From NCBI GenBank assembly GCA_031962025.1, contig JAVRKW010000002.1: a stretch of 64,000 bases of DNA; one strand, written 5' to 3'. The stretch is from Pseudothermotoga sp. (GTDB lineage: Bacteria > Thermotogota > Thermotogae > Thermotogales > DSM-5069). Position numbers and translations under genes: made by a program. Position 1 is the first letter of the stretch; the number at the start of each line of letters is the position of its first letter. Positions 17,977 through 27,700 of this stretch are shown piece after piece. The notes under the pieces were generated by a model. It had not been told where the DNA came from. It was given only the letters and a program-made list of their open reading frames with translations, and made no database searches.

Positions 17977-18474
17977 TCATTGAACAATAGGTTTTGGATA
18001 AACATATACTATTTCATTCTTTTTGAATATCACGGCAAGGTAAATTTCGTTGTCGCCTTTTAGTGTTATAAACGGAATAGTGTATGGAGCTCTTGTCTGA
18101 CTTGATGTATTTTTAAGCATAAGGTGCAAAAGATAAACTTTATCAACATCATCTGGTTTCATGCTTATATCAAAGGAATAAATCAAGGTAGCTTTAGTTT
18201 CATAAATGCCCAGATATTCAACCTTATTACCCAGCGTGGAAATGGTGGCTCTGAGTTGATTGATAAATTCTGATTTTTTAGCACTCACATCTTGGTCTGT
18301 GGACAATGTTTTGACATAACTGTCAATGTCTGTAGTATTTGTTATCAGATTCTGCAGAGCGTTGGCAAGACCCCGTGCACGACTTTCAATGGTTGTTGGT
18401 TGCTGTGGCTGTTGTTCAGCACATGAGAAAAGCAATAATGAAGATATCACCAAAATAAAAGCCAGTTTTTTCAT
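17977..18474 (-). CDS. Hypothetical lipoprotein
   Basis: MKKLAFILVISSLLLFSC lipobox. ATG 18474 is better spaced from the GGAGG SD than 18480. Confidence 0.75.
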   Translation of the reverse strand: MKKLAFILVISSLLLFSCAEQQPQQPTTIESRARGLANALQNLITNTTDIDSYVKTLSTDQDVSAKKSEFINQLRATISTLGNKVEYLGIYETKATLIYSFDISMKPDDVDKVYLLHLMLKNTSSQTRAPYTIPFITLKGDNEIYLAVIFKKNEIVYVYPKPIVQ

Positions 18475-18742
18475 CTTCATCCCTCCATTACTGATTATAC
18501 CTGAGATTCACAGAACAGGTCAAAACAGATATCTGTGATTTTTGATGTGCTTTGTATAGTTTACAAACGCCCATGAGTTTTTTGAATTTCAGAAAGATCA
18601 GAAAGATAGAGAAATATATCACAAAGTAAAGTTAATTTTGTTGTAGTGATTAAATTGAGTGAGAAAAGCACCTGGTTTGCTTTTTCAATAGCCGATGTTA
18701 TAAAATGAATATGCAATATTCCAATGCGAGGAGGGTGAGACA

Positions 18743-20074
18743 ATGCTAAGGGTTTTGGGTGCTGCTTTTTCAAGGTTTGCAAAGAGGTACTTGCCGGATG
18801 CTTTGATCTTTGCATTTTTGCTGACACTTCTCACATTTGTACTGGGTATGATCGTACAGCAAAAAAGCCCCATGGATATGGTTCGCTACATGGGCGATGG
18901 TTTCTGGAATTTGCTTTCTTTTGCAATGCAGATGTGTCTTGTGCTCATGACCGGACACATATTAGCTTCGACCAAACCAATGGCAGCCATTCTCAGATCC
19001 ATAGCTAAGATCGCGAACACACCTTTCAAAGCAGTTGCGCTGGCTTGTGTTGTCATGATTGTAACAAGTTATCTCAACTGGGGTTTTGGTTTGATCTTTT
19101 CGTCACTTTTGGCGATCGAGATCGCAAAGAACATGAAAGGTAAAAAACTGCACTATCCACTGCTTGTTGCTTCTGCGTACTCTGGATTTCTGGTCTGGCA
19201 CGCAGGACTTTCTGCATCTGCACCGTTGCTCGTCAACACAAAGGGACATTTTCTTGAAAAGTCCATAGGTTTGATTCCAGTTTCACAGACAATTTTCTCC
19301 CCAATTGGTTATTTACCAGTTCTGGTGTTGCTCTTCACACTGCCTTTCATCATGGCAGGAATGCATCCAATAAAAGATGAAGAAATAGTGGAAGTTGATC
19401 CGGCTGTCTTTTCAGAGGCAAAGAAAGCCCCCAAGAAAAACTGGTCGGAGATGACACCGGCAGAGAAGATGGAGTACAGCCCGGTTCTGTCAATGATCAT
19501 TGGTGTTATTGGACTGGTATACATCTTCTATTATTTCATCGTCAAGAAAGGTTCTCTTGATCTCAACATAGTCAATTTCATCTTTTTGATGGCTGGTATT
19601 CTGTTGCATGGTACTCCAAAGAATTTCATCAACGCGGCTATCGAGGCTGGAAAAACTGTGTGGGCGATTGTGGTTCAATTCCCGTTCTACGCAGGTATCA
19701 TGGGTATGATGATAAATTCTGGACTTGCTGCGACGATTGCCAACTGGTTTGCTTCTTTCTCCACTGCAAAAACACTTCCTCTGTTCACTTACTGGAGCGC
19801 AGGTTTGATAAATTTGTTTATTCCATCCGGTGGAGGTCAGTGGGCTGTGCAGGGTCCCATCATGGTTCAGGCGGCGCAGAAGATCGGTGCATCTGTTCCC
19901 AAGGTCATCATGGGTGTTGCGTGGGGTGATGCATGGACAAATATGATTCAGCCATTCTGGGCTTTGCCACTGCTTTCAGTTGCAAAGCTCGACATCAGAG
20001 ACATCATGGGTTACTGTGTGATGGCTTTGATATGGAGCGGAATCGTCACAAGTTTGCTTTTCTTGGTCTTGTGA
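18743..20074 (+). CDS. atoE: Short-chain fatty acid transporter AtoE
   Basis: GFWNLLSFAMQM, QFPFYAGIMG, FIPSGGGQW and WGDAWTNMIQPFWALP motifs. Confidence 0.93.
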   Translation: MLRVLGAAFSRFAKRYLPDALIFAFLLTLLTFVLGMIVQQKSPMDMVRYMGDGFWNLLSFAMQMCLVLMTGHILASTKPMAAILRSIAKIANTPFKAVALACVVMIVTSYLNWGFGLIFSSLLAIEIAKNMKGKKLHYPLLVASAYSGFLVWHAGLSASAPLLVNTKGHFLEKSIGLIPVSQTIFSPIGYLPVLVLLFTLPFIMAGMHPIKDEEIVEVDPAVFSEAKKAPKKNWSEMTPAEKMEYSPVLSMIIGVIGLVYIFYYFIVKKGSLDLNIVNFIFLMAGILLHGTPKNFINAAIEAGKTVWAIVVQFPFYAGIMGMMINSGLAATIANWFASFSTAKTLPLFTYWSAGLINLFIPSGGGQWAVQGPIMVQAAQKIGASVPKVIMGVAWGDAWTNMIQPFWALPLLSVAKLDIRDIMGYCVMALIWSGIVTSLLFLVL

Positions 20075-20099
20075 TCGGTTTTTGAAAGGAGGAGTGTCA

Positions 20100-21305
20100 A
20101 TGAGGAAAGTTTACATCGTTGGAGCAAAGAGAACTGCAATAGGAACCTTTCAGGGCACTTTAAAGGATGTCCCCGCTGTACAGCTCGGCGTTGCGGCAGC
20201 AAAAGCGGCTATGGAACAGGCGAATGTAAAGCCTGAATGGGTCGACGAAACGATCATCGGGAACATCCTGATGGCTGGACAGGGCATGGGACCTGGCAGA
20301 CAGGTCAGTATATACGCAGGTATTCCGGCTGAAAAACCCGGGTACACGGTGAATATGCTTTGCGGTTCTGGCATGAAAGCCATCATGATCGGTGCAGTGG
20401 ATATCATGGCTGGTCAAGCCGAGATAGTTCTTGCTGGTGGTATGGAGAGCATGAACAATGCACCATACCTGTTACCAAAAGCCAGGTTTGGTTACAGGCT
20501 GGGAAATGGTGAAATAATCGATCACATGGTTTTTGATGGGCTTACAGATATCTTCAATATGTATCACATGGGAGTCACGGCGGAAAACCTGGTGGAGAAA
20601 TACGGTATATCGAGAAAAGAACAGGATCTTTTTGCCTACAAAAGCCAGATGAAAGCAAAAAAGGCAATTGAGACAGGTAGATTCAAAGATGAAATAGTAC
20701 CGTTTGTGATAAAAGACAAAAAAGGAGACAAAATCTTTGACACAGATGAACATCCAAGGTTTGATACGACACTCGAGGCACTCGAAAAATTGAAACCAGC
20801 CTTCAAAAAAGACGGTACGGTAACAGCAGGAAATGCTTCTGGAATAAATGATGGAGCTTCTGCCACGGTTCTTGCAAGTGAGGATGCGGTGAAAAAATAT
20901 GGTTTAAAACCACTGGCAGAAATTGTCGCATTTGCACAGCACGGAGTTGATCCAAGTATAATGGGTATAGGACCTGTTGGAGCAATTTCAAAAGCTTTGA
21001 AAAAGGCGAATTTGAAACTCACAGACATTCAGTTGATAGAACTCAACGAAGCCTTCGCCGCTCAGAGTATAGCTGTTCTAAGAGATCTGAAGAGCGAACA
21101 TGGTGTGACAGATGATTGGCTTGAAGAAAGAGTTAATGTGAATGGTGGCGCAATTGCGCTCGGTCATCCAATCGGTGCAAGTGGTAACAGAATAACTGTG
21201 ACACTGCTTTACGAGATGAAGAAAAGAGGACTTGAACTCGGTCTTGCGAGCCTGTGCATAGGTGGAGGTATGGGTACAGCGATAATCATCAGGAATGTGG
21301 AATAG
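20100..21305 (+). CDS. atoB: Acetyl-CoA C-acetyltransferase (thiolase)
   Basis: NMLCGSG, NEAFA, GHPIGASG and LCIGGGMG motifs; ATG 20100 has an AGGAGG SD. Confidence 0.93.
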   Translation: MRKVYIVGAKRTAIGTFQGTLKDVPAVQLGVAAAKAAMEQANVKPEWVDETIIGNILMAGQGMGPGRQVSIYAGIPAEKPGYTVNMLCGSGMKAIMIGAVDIMAGQAEIVLAGGMESMNNAPYLLPKARFGYRLGNGEIIDHMVFDGLTDIFNMYHMGVTAENLVEKYGISRKEQDLFAYKSQMKAKKAIETGRFKDEIVPFVIKDKKGDKIFDTDEHPRFDTTLEALEKLKPAFKKDGTVTAGNASGINDGASATVLASEDAVKKYGLKPLAEIVAFAQHGVDPSIMGIGPVGAISKALKKANLKLTDIQLIELNEAFAAQSIAVLRDLKSEHGVTDDWLEERVNVNGGAIALGHPIGASGNRITVTLLYEMKKRGLELGLASLCIGGGMGTAIIIRNVE

Positions 21306-21321
21306 GAGGTGCTCTGAATAT

Positions 21322-21981
21322 ATGAAAAACAAAGTCATAACCGTCGAACAAGCTGTGGAAATGATACCAGATGGAGCCACGTTGATGATCGGAGGTTTTC
21401 TTGGGGATGGAACTCCTGAAATGATAATAGATGCGCTCTTGAAAAGTGGCAAAAAAAATTTCACCATCATCGCCAATGACACCGCTTTTCCGGACAAAGG
21501 CATAGGCAAGCTCATTGTCAATAAAATGGCTAAGAAAGTGATCGTTTCACACATCGGTACCAATCCAGAGACACAGAAACAGATGATTGAAGGTACTTTG
21601 GAAGTAGAACTCGTTCCGCAGGGAACGCTGGCTGAAAGGGTACGCGCCGGTGGGTTTGGGCTTGGAGGAATTTTAACGCCAACTGGCGTTGGTACGGTTG
21701 TTGAGAATGGCAAACAGAAAATAACAATTGATGGTAAAGAATATCTTGTCGAAACAGCTCTCAGGGCAGATTTTGCACTGATAAAAGCCAAAAAGGCAGA
21801 TTTTTACGGAAATCTTTTCTTCAATTTCACCTCTAGGAATTTCAACCCTCTCATGGCTTTTGCCGGAAAGGTGACAATAGTGGAAGTTGAAGAGCTGGTT
21901 CCGGTTGGTGGGCTTTCACCGAATGAGATTCATACACCTCATGCAGTTGTGGATTACATCGTAAGGGGGAATGCCAGATGA
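21322..21981 (+). CDS. atoD: Acetate/butyrate:acetoacetate CoA-transferase alpha subunit
   Basis: MIGGF, SHIGTNP and PQGTLAERVRAGG motifs; ATG 21322. Confidence 0.9.
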   Translation: MKNKVITVEQAVEMIPDGATLMIGGFLGDGTPEMIIDALLKSGKKNFTIIANDTAFPDKGIGKLIVNKMAKKVIVSHIGTNPETQKQMIEGTLEVELVPQGTLAERVRAGGFGLGGILTPTGVGTVVENGKQKITIDGKEYLVETALRADFALIKAKKADFYGNLFFNFTSRNFNPLMAFAGKVTIVEVEELVPVGGLSPNEIHTPHAVVDYIVRGNAR

Positions 21982-22652
21982 TACAGGACCAAAATCTTGC
22001 AAAAGTTGTGATTGCCAAGAGGGTTGCGCTTGAGCTGAAAGATGGAGATGTCGTGAATTTGGGTATAGGCATTCCAACCTTGGTGGCAAATTATTTGCCT
22101 CCAAAAGTGGAGATTTTTCTGCAATCTGAGAATGGGATACTCGGTATGGGACCCGCACCGATGAGTGGATACGAAAATCCCAATCTGACAAATGCCGGCG
22201 GTTCACCCATAACATTTTTACCGGGCGCCTGCGCTTTTGATTCATCGGTTTCCTTTGGTCTGATCAGAGGCGGTCATGTTGATGCGACGGTACTCGGCGC
22301 TTTGCAGGTAGACGAAGAAGGTCATCTGGCAAACTGGATGGTCCCAGGTAAGATGGTGCCGGGCATGGGTGGTGCGATGGATCTTGTTACCGGTGCAAAA
22401 AAAGTTATAGTTGCGATGCAGCATGTTGCAAAAGGTAATGCACCAAAGATTGTCAAAAAATGCAGTCTGCCTTTGACATCTATAAGAAGGGTTGATCTGA
22501 TCGTCACAGATATGGCGGTTATCGAAGTAACAGAAAAAGGCTTGCTTTTAAAAGAGCTTGCACCTCAAACAACTGTGGAAGAAGTAGTTCAGTTCACCGA
22601 GGCAAGGTTGATAATACCACAAGAGGTTCCCGTAATGCCTATAACTCTTTAG
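21978..22652 (+). CDS. atoA: CoA-transferase beta subunit
   Basis: NLGIGIP, catalytic QSENG and GMGGAMDL motifs. Confidence 0.9.
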   Translation: MIQDQNLAKVVIAKRVALELKDGDVVNLGIGIPTLVANYLPPKVEIFLQSENGILGMGPAPMSGYENPNLTNAGGSPITFLPGACAFDSSVSFGLIRGGHVDATVLGALQVDEEGHLANWMVPGKMVPGMGGAMDLVTGAKKVIVAMQHVAKGNAPKIVKKCSLPLTSIRRVDLIVTDMAVIEVTEKGLLLKELAPQTTVEEVVQFTEARLIIPQEVPVMPITL

Positions 22653-22672
22653 TTTATTTTTCACTTTTCAAC

Positions 22673-22700
22673 AAAAAAGCGGGCTTAAGCCCGCTTTTTT
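22673..22700. terminator. Intrinsic terminator of the ato operon
   Basis: A6-GCGGGC-ttaa-GCCCGC-T6. Confidence 0.8.
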
Positions 22701-22743
22701 GATCTTTCGATGTATAGATGTATAATTTTTTGGAGGTATCTAT

Positions 22744-24540
22744 TTGTTCAAAAGTACGCAAAATTATGTGCTTTTCTTATCGACATTGAGTATTATAAAG
22801 ATTTTCATCTTTTACCTGACAATTTCAGGCATGTTCAAGCTTTCGACAGCTTTGAGCACGGTAGGCTGGGTTTTTTTGATGTTTTTCGTGTTTAGCTTTG
22901 TTGTCAAGGAATGGGGTTTTGGATTGTATTGTGTCTTATCCATAGTACTTTTTGCCGATTTTCTTTATTTTCAGAATTTTGGAACTATGCCTTCTGTAAA
23001 ACAGCTTGTCCTTTTACCGCAGGTTGGGAAACTTGGAACAGATATAAAGTATTTCACCGATTTTTTCTCTTTGCTGTTTGTTGCCGATTTGATACCGCTT
23101 GGAATATTCGATAGAAAAAGATATCTTTCCATTAAAGGGACAAATTTTCAAACACCAAGATGGGTACTGGTTACGGTATTGCTTTGCTCAATTTTCGCCG
23201 CAGCTCCACTTGTGTCTGAAAAGCTCAAACCATCTCAGGTCTTCAATAGATATGGTTTTGTTGCGTACCATGTATACGATATCGCCAGTGTGTTTACCCG
23301 TTCAAAACAGGAAGTTGCATCAGTTGTCCAAATGAATTCTCAGCAAATTGCTAAAAAAAGATACTGGGGTGCTGGTGCAAATAAAAATATCATAGTCGTT
23401 CAGCTTGAGTCTTTCCAGAATTTTTTGATAGGCATGAAATACAACGGTCAAGAAGTTACACCGAATCTCAATGCTTTGGTACATAAAGACTCCATTTACT
23501 TCACGAATTACTACCAGCAAACTGGCGCAGGCAACACAGCCGATGCTGAGTTCGTATCTCTTGTATCGTTGCACATTCCAGGTGATGAGGTAGCTTATGA
23601 AAAATACGATGTTATAGATTTTTACGCACTTCCAAGGATCTTGAGAGACTATGGATTTCATACAATTGCCATGCATGGCAATGTGGGCTGGTTCTGGAAT
23701 AGGGATAAAATCTACCCGCATCTTGGTTTTGAAGAGTTTATAAGCCTTGAAAAATTCAAACAAGACCTGATCTTCAATATGGGATTGAACGATCTTTCCT
23801 TTTTTGAACAAGCCGTTGATATTCTTAAAAACTATCCAGAACCGTTTTTCGCTTTCCTGGTTACTGTTTCAAGCCACACACCTTTTGTAATTCCAGATCA
23901 GCTCAAGAGCTTGGAACTTTTACCAGAGCACGAAAATACGATCTTTGGAAATTACCTTCAGGCTGTGCACTATGCGGATTATGCCCTTGGAAAATTCATC
24001 GAAAAATTGAAAAGTACAGGGCTCTATGAGAAGTCCGTCATAATACTTTACGGTGACCATGCGGGATTGTATCCTTTCAACAAAGAGGCAAAAGACGCAA
24101 TCTCAAAGTTTTTCAATAAAGAGTACAGTTATAAAGATGCCATGAATGTACCCCTGATTATTCATATACCGGGCTCGAAGATCAAAGAAGAAATAAAAAC
24201 AACTGGAGGACAGATTGATTTCTTACCAACCGTATTGAATATAACAGGTATAGAAGATCAAAAGGTTGTATCAGTCGGCAAAGATCTAATTAACTCAAAA
24301 AACGGTTTTGTCGCTTTGAGGTACCACTTGCCAGATGGTTCTTTCATCGACGATGAAAGGTATTTTGAAGTGTCAAAAGATGGCATCCTTCAAAATAGTA
24401 CTGGTTTTGATCTTAACTCCAATCGAACTTTGCCGTATTATGAATGTCTCGATGGCTATAAGATTGCCATTCAGCAGATAGAAACTTCTAAGCAAATACT
24501 TAACTCTTATGTTGAAAAAACTTTGGCGCTTTCAAAGTGA
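22744..24540 (+). CDS. LTA synthase (LtaS)-family membrane sulfatase / phosphoglycerol transferase
   Basis: About 5 N-terminal TMs, VQLESFQ, GNTADAEF (catalytic Thr), SSHTPF and YGDH motifs. Confidence 0.88.
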   Translation: MFKSTQNYVLFLSTLSIIKIFIFYLTISGMFKLSTALSTVGWVFLMFFVFSFVVKEWGFGLYCVLSIVLFADFLYFQNFGTMPSVKQLVLLPQVGKLGTDIKYFTDFFSLLFVADLIPLGIFDRKRYLSIKGTNFQTPRWVLVTVLLCSIFAAAPLVSEKLKPSQVFNRYGFVAYHVYDIASVFTRSKQEVASVVQMNSQQIAKKRYWGAGANKNIIVVQLESFQNFLIGMKYNGQEVTPNLNALVHKDSIYFTNYYQQTGAGNTADAEFVSLVSLHIPGDEVAYEKYDVIDFYALPRILRDYGFHTIAMHGNVGWFWNRDKIYPHLGFEEFISLEKFKQDLIFNMGLNDLSFFEQAVDILKNYPEPFFAFLVTVSSHTPFVIPDQLKSLELLPEHENTIFGNYLQAVHYADYALGKFIEKLKSTGLYEKSVIILYGDHAGLYPFNKEAKDAISKFFNKEYSYKDAMNVPLIIHIPGSKIKEEIKTTGGQIDFLPTVLNITGIEDQKVVSVGKDLINSKNGFVALRYHLPDGSFIDDERYFEVSKDGILQNSTGFDLNSNRTLPYYECLDGYKIAIQQIETSKQILNSYVEKTLALSK

Positions 24541-24599
24541 TTTGCCATCTCTAAACACGGGCTTAACCTAAAAGAGAAATCAAAACTTTTAAAATACAC

Positions 24600-25835
24600 G
24601 TGGGTGTTGTTGTGAGTCTACCTTTGATTGTTTTACTGGTTGTCTTTGCTCTCATTGCAATCAGAAAAATCAAGAGTGTGACTTTCAAGATATGGCAGGT
24701 CATGACCGCTGCCGCTGTATTTTTGATACTAACCAGGCAGATCAGCATTAAAGATGCTTTGTTATCTATAAATCTTGATGTGATCATCTTTCTAATCGGT
24801 ATGTTTATCATCGGGGAAGCAATGAGAGAGAGTGGGTATTTATATCACCTTTCTTATCTGATCTTCAGAAAGGCTAAGAACTCATCCAGTTTACTTTTAC
24901 TGGTCATATTTGTGAGCGGATTTCTTTCTGCCATTTTGATGAACGATACTGTTGCAGTCGTTGGAACGCCTTTGATGATCTATCTTGCCAAAAAGCACAG
25001 AATAGACCCAAGGGCTTTGTTGCTTGGTTTAGCCTTTGGTGTCACCATAGGAAGCGTCACAAGTCCAATTGGAAATCCGCAAAATCTGCTCATAGCACTT
25101 AAAAGTCAAATGAAAGGTCCTTTTGTTGTTTTTGCAAAGTATTTGTTCATCCCAACTGTTTTGAATATGCTATTGACATATTTTATTCTCAAGATATTCT
25201 ACAGAAAATCTTTTGACGGCACACAGATTGATCATACAGTTGATATTACAACAGATGCAAAGCTTTCGCGCATCTCAAAAATTTCATTGATTTTACTTCT
25301 ACTTCTGGTTGCAGTGAGAATCGTGGGTACTTTCTTTGGTCATGAGATCTTGAGACTCAGTTATATTTCAATAGTGGCGGCTTCTGTCGTTGTTCTGTTC
25401 AGCGAGAAAAGATTCAAGATCCTCAAATCCATGGACTGGGCAACGATAGTTTTTTTCGCTTCGATGTTTGTTACAATGCAAGCCGTCTGGAATTGCGGGG
25501 TTTTCCAGAAATACGTCTCTTTCATGAATTTTTCGAGCATCCCGCAGATACTTGCAGTCAGCGTCGGTGTGAGCCAGTTTATATCGAATGTTCCCTTTGT
25601 TGCACTGTTTTTGACCTTTTTCAACAACGCAAGCGATGCTGTTCTTTGCGCTCTTGCCGCCGGCAGTACAATAGCTGGCAACCTCACCATCCTTGGTGCC
25701 GCAAGTAATGTGATCATCGTTCAAAATGCCGAGAAGGAAGATGTGCATCTGACATTTATGGAATTTTTCAAGGTGGGGTTTTTGGTTACAGCCGTCAACA
25801 TATCGGTTTACTGGTTGTACTTTCTGCTTTTGTGA
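24600..25835 (+). CDS. ArsB/NhaD superfamily anion permease
   Basis: LMNDT, IGNPQN, ISNVP and STIAGNLTILGAASNVI motifs. Confidence 0.85.
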   Translation: MGVVVSLPLIVLLVVFALIAIRKIKSVTFKIWQVMTAAAVFLILTRQISIKDALLSINLDVIIFLIGMFIIGEAMRESGYLYHLSYLIFRKAKNSSSLLLLVIFVSGFLSAILMNDTVAVVGTPLMIYLAKKHRIDPRALLLGLAFGVTIGSVTSPIGNPQNLLIALKSQMKGPFVVFAKYLFIPTVLNMLLTYFILKIFYRKSFDGTQIDHTVDITTDAKLSRISKISLILLLLLVAVRIVGTFFGHEILRLSYISIVAASVVVLFSEKRFKILKSMDWATIVFFASMFVTMQAVWNCGVFQKYVSFMNFSSIPQILAVSVGVSQFISNVPFVALFLTFFNNASDAVLCALAAGSTIAGNLTILGAASNVIIVQNAEKEDVHLTFMEFFKVGFLVTAVNISVYWLYFLLL

Positions 25836-25889
25836 ATTTCAACTTTTTTGGTAATTTATTTGATTTTTGTAGTATAATTCACTCAGTGA

Positions 25890-26540
25890 GTGATTGATAT
25901 GGATGATTATCTTTTTTTTGAGCCGTCTGTTCTTTTCAGAGAATATGTACTTTTGAAAGCCATTTTATCTAATGGTTCATTTTCCCAGCAACAATTTTCA
26001 AAGATCGCCCATATTGCTCCATCCATGGTGAACAGATATCTTTCGCTCTTTGAACAGAAAGGTTATATAAAAAAAACAGGTCCAAACAGAAAGAAGATGT
26101 CCTACGTAATAACCGAAGGTGGAATCTATAGATTGCAGTATCTCTCAATATGTTATCTCAGAGAAACTGCGAAACTTTATTCAAATTCCCGTCAGGTTTT
26201 CACTGAGGTCCTCGATCAGCTTTCAAAATTTGGTTTGAAAAAAATCGTTCTGTATGGTGCTGGTATAGTTGGACAGACTCTTCTTGATGCACTTACGGGT
26301 GAAAATATCGATGTCGTTGCGTTTGTGGACGACGACAGCTCCAAGCATGGCACAACTGTTAACGGTGTGAATGTGATCGATCCAGATATGGTACAAAAAA
26401 TTTCCTACGATGCAGTTCTTGTAGCTTCATTCAGACATGCCGATGAAATAGCACAGAAGGCTAAATCTTTGAAGATGCAGAATATCTTTGTTTTCAAGAT
26501 TCAGACAGACGGGCGGGTCTTCTTGGAAAGAAAGGAGTGA
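25890..26540 (+). CDS. Winged-helix (MarR-like) regulator fused to a Rossmann-like C-terminal domain
   Basis: SQQQFSKIAHIAPSMVNRYL HTH, Y-x-I-T-x-x-G wing, then IVLYGAGIVG and AFVDD. Confidence 0.75.
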   Translation: MIDMDDYLFFEPSVLFREYVLLKAILSNGSFSQQQFSKIAHIAPSMVNRYLSLFEQKGYIKKTGPNRKKMSYVITEGGIYRLQYLSICYLRETAKLYSNSRQVFTEVLDQLSKFGLKKIVLYGAGIVGQTLLDALTGENIDVVAFVDDDSSKHGTTVNGVNVIDPDMVQKISYDAVLVASFRHADEIAQKAKSLKMQNIFVFKIQTDGRVFLERKE

Positions 26541-27700
26541 GGTCCGTGAAAGTACCACTCTTTGACATGACAAGACAATATCATGAGATTGAAAGCCAAA
26601 TACTCAACGCCATTGACAGTGTTTTAAAGTCAGGAAGGCTCATCATGGGACCAAATGTCGAAGCTTTTGAAAAGGAAATGGCACAGTATTTGGGTGTAAA
26701 ACACGCAATAGCCGTGGCAAATGGTTCAGACGCTCTTTACATTGCCGTCAGATCTCTTGGTATATCCGAAGGAGATTATGTGATAACCACAGCCTTCAGC
26801 TTTTTTGCGACTGCAAGCTGCATAACAAGAAATGGTGCCACTCCCATTTTTGTGGATATAGATCCTGAAACTTTCAATATCGATCTTGATCAGGTTGAAG
26901 AGATACTCAAAAGCCATCCACAGAGAAATAGAATAAAAGCAGTGATACCAGTTCACCTGTTCGGCAGAACCGTCGATCTGCAGAAACTTGAGAAGATAAG
27001 AAACGATTTTGGCGTGAAGATAATAGAAGACTGTGCTCAATCTGTCGGTTCGTACTGGATTTATTCAGATGGAAATATCAAGAAAAGCGGTTCAGTTGGA
27101 GATATTTCCACACTGTCTTTCTTCCCAACCAAAAACCTTGGAGCCTTTGGAGACGGTGGAATGATAGTGACAAACGATGATGCCTTAGCTGATTTTTGCA
27201 GGATATTCAGAGTTCACGGTGCAAGAAAAAAGTATTTCCACGAAATTGAAGGTATAAACAGCAGGCTTGATGAAATCCAGGCTGCCATTCTGAGAGTCAA
27301 ACTCAGGTACCTTGAAAAATACCATGAAAGAAGAATACAGATAGCAAAAACATACAACAGGCTGTTGAACTCTCTCAATTTGGATTTGTTAAAAACCCCT
27401 CAGGTTCATGATGATCTGAGGTGTATTTTTCATCAATATGTGGTCAGAGTGAAAAACAACCACAGAGATTCTCTTAAAAAATATCTCAATGATAATGGTG
27501 TTGAGACCGCAGTTTACTATCCGCTGGGTTTACACAGGCAGAAGTGCTTTTCCCGGTTCGATTTTCAGCCTCTTGAAAACACAGAGCGTGCATGTAAAGA
27601 GGTGCTTGCGCTGCCAATCTTTCCAGAACTCAATGAGATAGAAATAGAGTATGTTGTAAAGTGCATAGGTGAATACTTCAAGGAGGCGAGAGGATGCTGA
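26537..27700 (+). CDS. DegT/DnrJ/EryC1/StrS PLP-dependent sugar aminotransferase
   Basis: PVHLFG, IEDCAQS, SFFPTKNLGAFGDGG and NSRLDEIQAA motifs; the start may be GTG 26546. Confidence 0.92.
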   Translation: MRSVKVPLFDMTRQYHEIESQILNAIDSVLKSGRLIMGPNVEAFEKEMAQYLGVKHAIAVANGSDALYIAVRSLGISEGDYVITTAFSFFATASCITRNGATPIFVDIDPETFNIDLDQVEEILKSHPQRNRIKAVIPVHLFGRTVDLQKLEKIRNDFGVKIIEDCAQSVGSYWIYSDGNIKKSGSVGDISTLSFFPTKNLGAFGDGGMIVTNDDALADFCRIFRVHGARKKYFHEIEGINSRLDEIQAAILRVKLRYLEKYHERRIQIAKTYNRLLNSLNLDLLKTPQVHDDLRCIFHQYVVRVKNNHRDSLKKYLNDNGVETAVYYPLGLHRQKCFSRFDFQPLENTERACKEVLALPIFPELNEIEIEYVVKCIGEYFKEARGC

